From the human T2T-CHM13v2.0 reference genome, Homo sapiens: a stretch of DNA of 64,000 nucleotides. Shown here in pieces: positions 56,036 to 64,000 of this stretch. Position 1 is the stretch's first letter. The number at the start of each line of letters is the position of its first letter. The stretch lies in the NCBI RefSeq assembly GCF_009914755.1, contig NC_060928.1. The stretch is one strand, 5' to 3'. Under the pieces are notes generated by a model. That model saw nothing but the letters and a program-made list of their open reading frames with translations. It ran no database searches and was not told the DNA's origin. The translations under genes were made by a program, and so were the position numbers.

Positions 56036-57089
56036 AAGTTTATAGCAAATAAGACATACTATTTTGCTATCTGAAGGAACCAGAAGTTTGTAGATAGCAA
56101 ATACTAAGCAGCAAAACAAGCTTAAGGTAAGTTAGAAAATGTATGGGAACTTCATTCTGATTAGAAAAGAATGTGATATAGAACAGTAGCATCACTGTTG
56201 CATAACATCTTTCTGAATTGCCAAGTATTTGAACAAGTTTGGTAGATACTTTGAAGCTAATAGTAGATAAAAATTGTTCAAAAAAATAATGACTTCTGGT
56301 TCAATATGGTCTGTTACCTTTGGCTGTGAGGCAGCCCCTTTACAACTTCAATAAATACTATAATGATAAAGGAGAAGATGAAAATCTCAAGATCACAAAA
56401 AATAAATCTAACCATTTACCAATTTGCAATTGAGGAGAAAATTTAATTAGGATAATGGAAGTGAATTGAGGAAAGCAATCAGTGACTTTTACATAATAAT
56501 ATACTCACCCCTCCCTAATCTGAAAGATGGTAGAAAGATGCTTAATATCTCCCAAGGAAAAAAATACAGAAAAAAAAAGAACAAAAAATGTTTCTCTACA
56601 ATGTAGGTGCTGCTTTAAAATAACTGATTCCCTTTTCCTACCTTCATCTACCACAATTCACTTAGACACTACAGCTCCAAGACAACAACTAGGAAAGAAA
56701 GCAGCCCTGGCTTCAGCAGCAGTATTTGATACAGCCCTATGGAAAGGAAAGAGTTCTGTGTGGAGGCTGGGGAGGGCAGGTATTGATAACAATGCATAAT
56801 GGAGATTGTAATTTTTCATGAGGTAAATAGCTGAAAATAATAAGAATGAAGGTGTGGAATAGGAAAGTCTCCACCTCAGCAGAGCTCAACTTTTTGAGAC
56901 AGGTGTCTGCAAGTTACTGGGAATTAGGCAGAGAACCAGGCATTGACACCTGATCATCAACTATAGAACTAGATTTTTCTCAGGGCTGAGAAAAATCCAC
57001 ATGTTCTTTCTATTTGTAATCGCTCACTGCATAGATCAATTTCTCCTTATCTGGGGCAAAGTAAATAAACTAGGGCCTATATTAATCAT

Positions 57090-57270
57090 GGTAATACTTG
57101 TTAACACTTATTGAAGGCTCAAATTACTAAACAATTTACACACATTACCTGACCTATGCTGCAGAATAACCCTATGAGGCAGATGTTCCATTTAACAGAG
57201 GAGAAAACATATTATGTCCCTTGGTCAAGTTCAGAGGGTAAGAGGTTGTGTGAACCCAGGTCTATCTTGA
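57090..57270 (-). mobile_element. MIR SINE
   Basis: taacacttattga...aataaccctatgaggcag...ccatttaacagaggagaaaac...tgaacccaggtct. Confidence 0.7.
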
Positions 57271-57307
57271 AGCTTACCTGTGACTCTGACACAAGGGAAA
57301 AGGTCTC

Positions 57308-57791
57308 TGTGGTAGACTGTTCAGAAAGAGACCCATGTCCTAATCCCTGAAACCTATAAATGTTATTAGCTTATATGGCAAAAGAGACTTTGCAACTGTG
57401 ATTAAATTAAGGATTCTGAAATGGGGAGGGAGATTATCCGGGATTGTCCTGGTGGGCACCACATGTAATCACAAGTGTCCTTACAAGAGAGGCAGAGGCA
57501 GACTTTACTACAGAAGAGAAGATATGATGAGGCAAAAAATAGAATGGAGTGATGTGAAAAAGGGCTCATAAGTCAAGGAATGCAGGTGGCCTCCAGAAGC
57601 TGGAAAAGGCAATGGAAACAGATTCTTCCCTAGCATCTCTGGAAGGAACTAGTCCTGCTGACAGCTTGACTTAATTCAGTGAAATTGATTTCAAACTTCT
57701 AGCCTCTACAAATATAAGAAAAAATTGGGGATTGTTTCAAGTTACCAGGTTTTCAGTAATTTGTTACAGCAGCCATAGGGAAACTAACACA
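57308..57791 (+). mobile_element. MLT1C/D solo LTR with 5-bp TSD
   Basis: tgtggtagac...atggcaaaagagactttgca...aaggaatgcaggtggcctccagaagctggaaaaggc...tttgttacagcagccatagggaaactaacaca. Flanks gtctc and gtcta. Confidence 0.9.
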
Positions 57792-57949
57792 GTCTATAAT
57801 TCTAAAAATTCAGTAAAACTGTTTAAATCTAAAAATATTCTGCTAGACCCAGGGGAAAATTATAGAAAAGTGCTTGGCATTCTCACTATATTATAATAAG
57901 CCAACTCTTTGAAATAGAAGCCAAAACAATAAAGAAATAACTAAAAGTT

Positions 57950-58700
57950 TAACAATAATAATAATTGTAAGTCAAATAAAAATGAGAATTAGCATTTTTA
58001 AAAGGGAAGAAATACAAAGAAACCAAAAATGTAATGGCAGAATAAAAATGTACTTCAGAGTTAGTAGGAGTATAAGTGACAGCATGGAATATCAAATGAC
58101 TGGATTTGGCAAGCACTCCTAGAATGCAGAAGAAAAGCATCAAAGATGAGAATTATAAGAGAGAAGATTATAGATTAAAGAGCACAAAAAATAAATATCC
58201 ATCAAAGGAACCACACACATTACTGAAGATGAAACTAGAACAATCAGAAATGAAGAAAACATACTATGTAATAATTTCCTAAGCTGAACAAAAGATTTGA
58301 ATCATCTGACTATTGGAGTTCACTGAATTATGGGGTAAGTTTATTAAAAGAGACTTGCATACAAGTATATTCGGCAAAATTACAGGAGTAAAGAAAACTT
58401 CAATGATAAGAATAAAGAAAATTTAATATGTATTCAAGAAGAAAAACATCTGCAAAGGTGTAAACTCCAGGTTATTCTCAAATTTCTTCTGTGAAACAGC
58501 AAAAGAATCAATAAATAATAGACCACCAACAGAATTTTCAGGAAAATGAAAAGTTAAATAAATTTTATAACCAAATTGCCTTCCATGTGTAAAGGCTAGG
58601 AAAAAACACCATTATCAAATACACCAATGCTCTGAAAATTTGCTCAGAAAACACTTAACTAAAGACTGAGGCATGAATCAATAAAAGAATTTAGAAACCA
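57950..58700 (+). mobile_element. Very old L1 ORF1/HAL1-like remnant
   Basis: A-rich, with faint ORF1-like blocks (aataatttcctaagctgaacaaaagatttgaatc; aattttataaccaaattgccttcc). Confidence 0.4.
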
Positions 58701-60474
58701 CTGTGTAAGAGAACTAGCAGTTCTTACCCTCACCAATATACTCAGTTCTCATAGGATCAGGTGTAGTTACATGGATTCTATAGCTTGGTCTTAAAGTGTG
58801 GTCCTGCCTGGCTTTACCTCACAGTTTCTATTCTGCATATTCTACTTTCTTAGGAACTAAACCATTTTTTTCCCCTAGGGTATAAACTTGAACTCACTCA
58901 CAGTTCAAATGGAATGAGCTTTCAAACTGAATCCTGTTCTATGATTATCCAAAGAAACAATAACCAGTTTGTTCTGTCATGCACTTGCAAAGACTAAACA
59001 TTTTATTTGGCTTGAACATGTACCGAGAGACCCAATATAATGGCGATTTTGATTTTCTTATAACTTAAATATGAGTTTTCTCCATTTTAGCAATTCAAAC
59101 TAAATCACCTGAATCATGACCTTGCCCTTCAGAAAGCTCTTCCTTATATCATGGGAACAGCCTCTGGGTGTTCCTATAAAGCTAGGTGACTTAACTAAGA
59201 GAAAAAAAAATTAACAAGCAATTGTCTTTAGGCAGCAGAATACTAGATGGCTGTCATGATAATGTTCTGTATTTTCCAAATGTTTTGCAATTAATCATAA
59301 CTAATGGCAATTTTAGAGGAAACACATTAAAAATAAGTCTATATAATTTTAGGTAAAAGTGGGCAAAAATTATGTTAAAATTAGGAGCAAAAGCAAGGTA
59401 TGGAGAAAGCAAAATGAATTTTAGAAATGTTTGCCTCAAAGGAAGCATTAGATTAAGACTAAATTGCACTCATTTTTTTCTAAAGAGAACATTTTGTATT
59501 TGCAAACGAGAAAATACAATTTGTTTAAACTTCCTTTAATAAAGATACATAATAAAATGAATGTTTCCTTTAAATATGCCCTCAATGGCACCTTTTTGGG
59601 AGCGGGTGTGGGGTGGGGGGGTGGGCAGGGTGTGAACCACAGTATCATTAGGTAAAAGTGAGAACTCCTATTACCTTCCCAGGAAAGGAGAGAGACAGCC
59701 TGCTGTGTCATAATAGCTTTAGAAAGCTTTGGTCTCAGGCTTACAAAGTGAAAACTCTTGATTAAGAAAATCAGAGGTCCTGATGACAAGTCTATCAAAG
59801 ATTGACTTTTGCAATGCAGGGGCTACTATCTGGCTTGGATGGCAGCATACTTGTCATCTTTGTCAGGAAGCACTCTGCCAAACGCAGTTCTTGCGGGCAA
59901 TGGACTGCAAACTCCAGCAGGATTGGGACTGTGTCCCGGGCACTGTTTTGCTGCTTGCATAACCACAGTTACTGGAACAGGATATGCACTAATTTTATAG
60001 TACAAATGATTGTTATGGTGAACTAGATAGTACATGTTTTACAGATAACAGTGAAGTATAGGTTTCTAAGCAAGAAAGACAGAGGTCCTGGGGAAAAGTG
60101 GACACCGAGTGATAATTTAAAGGGCATATTCTTAGTGGTCTACCTGAAAAGGAAGCAATAATTAATTAGTTTTTCATTTATCTCACATAATTTGATTTTT
60201 AAAAAAATAAGAATTATTCCAAGTTTATCGTGTATTGATATATGAATCATATGTACCTTACCTATTTTAGCCAAGGCTTTGATGCCTGAACTCATACATC
60301 CCTGATGAAAATGAAAATTTGAAGACTTTTAGGAAAGTAATTGTCAGTAATAAAAGTCTTTTAAATGTTCATATTTTTTGTAATACCAATTTCTAAGAGT
60401 CTTTCCTAAGAAAATTATCTGAAATGTGACTAAAGATTAACAAAATTGTTTATTATAGCATTATTTATAATAAT

Positions 60475-61041
60475 TATGCAGAAAACACTTAATATAGCAA
60501 GCTTGAGACTGCTACTCTTAGCAACATCTGCTTGTAAAGTTGACCTTTGGTTGATACCTTAGAACTTAGCAGGTAAACAATTCCTGATATAAAACTTTCC
60601 CTAAATGATAAGGGTGTCTCACTATACCCAGACCAATTGTGCAAGCAATATGGTTTTTGCTGAATATCTGCTTTCCTTCCAGAAATCCAGAATGTTGGTA
60701 CATGCTAGGCAGAGTATGCCTATGTGACTAGGCTCCAATAAGAGATCCTGGGTACTAAGTTTTTAACAAGCATCCCAGGTATACAACACTTTACACATGT
60801 TGTCATGACTTGCTGCTGGAGGAATTCAGGGCATCCTTTCTGACTCCACTGGGAGAGAACTATCGGACTCTTGCTCCCGGTTTCCTGTGGATTTCAATCC
60901 CTGTACCTCTTCCCTTTGCTGATTTTGCTTTGTAACCTTTCACTGTAATAAACCTTAGCCATGACTACAACCATATGCTAAGTACTGTGAGACCCTCTAA
61001 TGAATCAGCAAACTTGGGGTGGTCTTTGGGACTCCAACATA
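60475..61041 (+). mobile_element. MER68-like (ERVL) solo LTR inserted in an old L1M remnant
   Basis: tatgcagaaaacacttaatatagcaagcttgagactgct start. tgactccactgggagag and ttccctttgctgattttgctttgta...gtaataaa. End ggggtggtctttgggactccaaca. Confidence 0.8.
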
Positions 61042-62510
61042 AAAATAAAATTGGAAAAAATATAAATGTAAATATAATATAAATGTCCAGAAATGGGAGA
61101 CTGGGTAAATTTTACTATATCATGCATTGACTTATTCCTCAACAACAAAAGTTATGCTTATGAAGTATTTTACATTATAACTGTATTGTAAGAAAAAAAA
61201 TCTCATATACCTTGTGCTTTTAATTATGGACCAAAAAAATCCATAAACCAAAAGACTTCACAAAATTGTGCCAAAATGTTAAAAGTAATAGCTTTTGGTT
61301 TGATCAATTTTTTTTCTGTATTCTATTCTCTTATTTCTGAATGGGCTGATTGTGGAGTTCATGAAACCTTAAATACCTGACTCACATACTGCCACCTCTT
61401 AAGGAATGTTATTCTAATTGTTTTTTTCTCCATATCAATTGCCATTGTACCTAAACCATGGTTTCACTGTGAAACCAGACTGGCCACTGAGCTTTGGAGG
61501 ACAAGATTAGGAAGCAGTCTGTGAGTCTGAGGCAAATGCATACGAGTTGGATATAAGTGATTAAGCACATTGGACATTTTGGCTCAAACTCTACCCAGTT
61601 TGGTTTCTACACCACATAGAAATAATCTGATAAAATCAAATCTTACATGTTAACAGTTTAAAACCTAGGTGAATGAACAGAAGCAGGCCATGTTAGCTGA
61701 GAGGTGAACCAACCTCACCAGTTCTCTCTGAAGCTGGTTGATAATCCCAGCATTGGGAAATCTAGAACTGAGAATGACTGGGGTCAGGGGATGACTTTCC
61801 ATGATATCTTCACATATAAGCTCCATCACTAAAGGAAATTTCTACAGGTTTTGTAAAGAAACAGACCTGAACGTTTGGCTTTCCAGAATTTTTATAATGA
61901 AGAGGTATTTGATTGGCAATGTGAAAGAATGATTAAGCTTTAAAAAACAAAAACTACCTACAAAACGTATGGTCATAAATCTTTGGTATTTTATTTCTTC
62001 ACAGGTTATGTATGAGCTACAATAATTGTGCAAATTCTGAGCAAATTCAATGAGCTAGCCTTTTTAGGAAACAAAAATAAGAATCTAATCCCCTAAAAAA
62101 GATTATTAATTTTGTTATTTTCATCTGTTTTTGATGACCAGCTTGTCAGAAGATTGAAGGTCACTAATGTAACATTATCTTTACTGAAAGTTAATGTAAT
62201 ACATTCAAAAGAGGAAAAAAAAAGATCCTGGTGACAAAAACAAAGGGATGATTACAGAACAAAATTTTAGCCCTGCTTATATTTATATATTCATTCCAAA
62301 TGTGTCACTCTATTCTTTACTACTCTCCTAGTCAGGGCTGGGAGGAAACTAGCTTGTGACCTTACAAGGTATGAACTGTATATGATTGGTGGGAACTTCA
62401 CTAAATCGTACGCATGTGGAGAATTAAATTAAAAATCTGTGTTAGTACTAAGAGGCTCACGAAGTCCAAGTGATAAAGCTAAAGTAAAAGATAAATATAA
62501 AGCAAATATC

Positions 62511-62821
<311 letters not shown>

Positions 62822-63549
62822 AAAGCAAATATCACACATAAATATAAGAAACAAGAACAGTGAAATGAGCTAAGGCGAAGACTTTCTATTATTGTGATCA
62901 ATGTTTACAATTATTGGATGTACGGATTAGCCAAATTCTACCTATCCTTTTCAGTCCTTTCATCAGAAAGAAAGCAAAATGAAACACAAATCATTATTTC
63001 TACTTGTTATCAATATAAGTAAAAGGCTAAGTCTTAAGAGGATGAAGAAAATTCTGAATATTAATGCTTTAGGTGTTATCTATAAAGCTCAGATAGCCAC
63101 ATGGATTCTGTTTCCATTATTACTAATAATTGAAAATTGATGATACTAATAAAATATTCCACAGATGCTCTGTCTTCTCTCTCCTACACACCAACAGATC
63201 AAATTCAACATAATGTGGTTCTTTTGAGAAACATAATATGTATTACTTGCATAGAAATTTTAAGAATAATTAAGAACAAAATTAAGTTAATTTTTCAATC
63301 TACTTTACTGGTCTTACTAACTACTATGTCCACATATGAACCTTTCCTCCAGTTAAACTACTCTACGACCTTAACCTGAAATAACTTTGAAAACACATCT
63401 CCACACAGTTGCCTATGCCACAGTCCCCCAATAACCCATCCTCACTGATCTCCACCTTCCAAAAGTATGGGCAACTTTCAAGGCCAAGCTACACCGTCAT
63501 TTTTTTTCTTTCCACTCATGATGGTACATTTGAATTCAAAGGAATGTGA

Positions 63550-63906
<357 letters not shown>

Positions 63907-64000
63907 AGCTTTTTCTTTTCAGTATTTAGAAAACATACCTTGCAATCACTTCACTGATCCTGATATGCTAACATGAATGACCATGGAGAATGAGAACTGC

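Noticed and set aside
56042-56101. tttgctatct/agatagcaaa inverted repeat after the MLT2A truncation
   Set aside because: Only 10 bp and AT-rich, too little to call a structure or element.

Overview
Primate, almost certainly human, genomic DNA: an AluYb8 is present, and that subfamily is human-specific. The window is AT-rich, repeat-dense and nearly all intronic. Two short coding exons lie on the minus strand, at 50760-50875 (116 nt) and 17569-17636 (68 nt). Both have canonical AG/GT boundaries and splice in frame across a ~33 kb intron to give ...DKAFYDWRGFVLTRSFRLACDSRRVSFSQSSSIFRDYYS|KTFKTLIKKERQPIKPEPKSQPR..., which I recognise from memory as the middle of IQCM (IQ motif containing M). Most of the rest is transposon-derived. 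It includes L1s of several ages (a ~6.3 kb near-full-length old L1MA-type copy, a 3.9 kb L1PA copy that gives the longest ORFs in the track), Alus, solo LTRs, DNA-transposon fossils, L2/L3/MIR and microsatellites. I found no convincing new multi-gene system. The most promising leads concern splicing: an inverted AluY/AluS pair bracketing the 116-nt exon, two candidate stop-containing cryptic exons, and a young AluYb8 forming a close inverted pair. There is also an unidentified 188-bp insertion and several local duplications. Repeat subfamily names were assigned by eye from remembered consensus features, and boundaries without a TSD are approximate.
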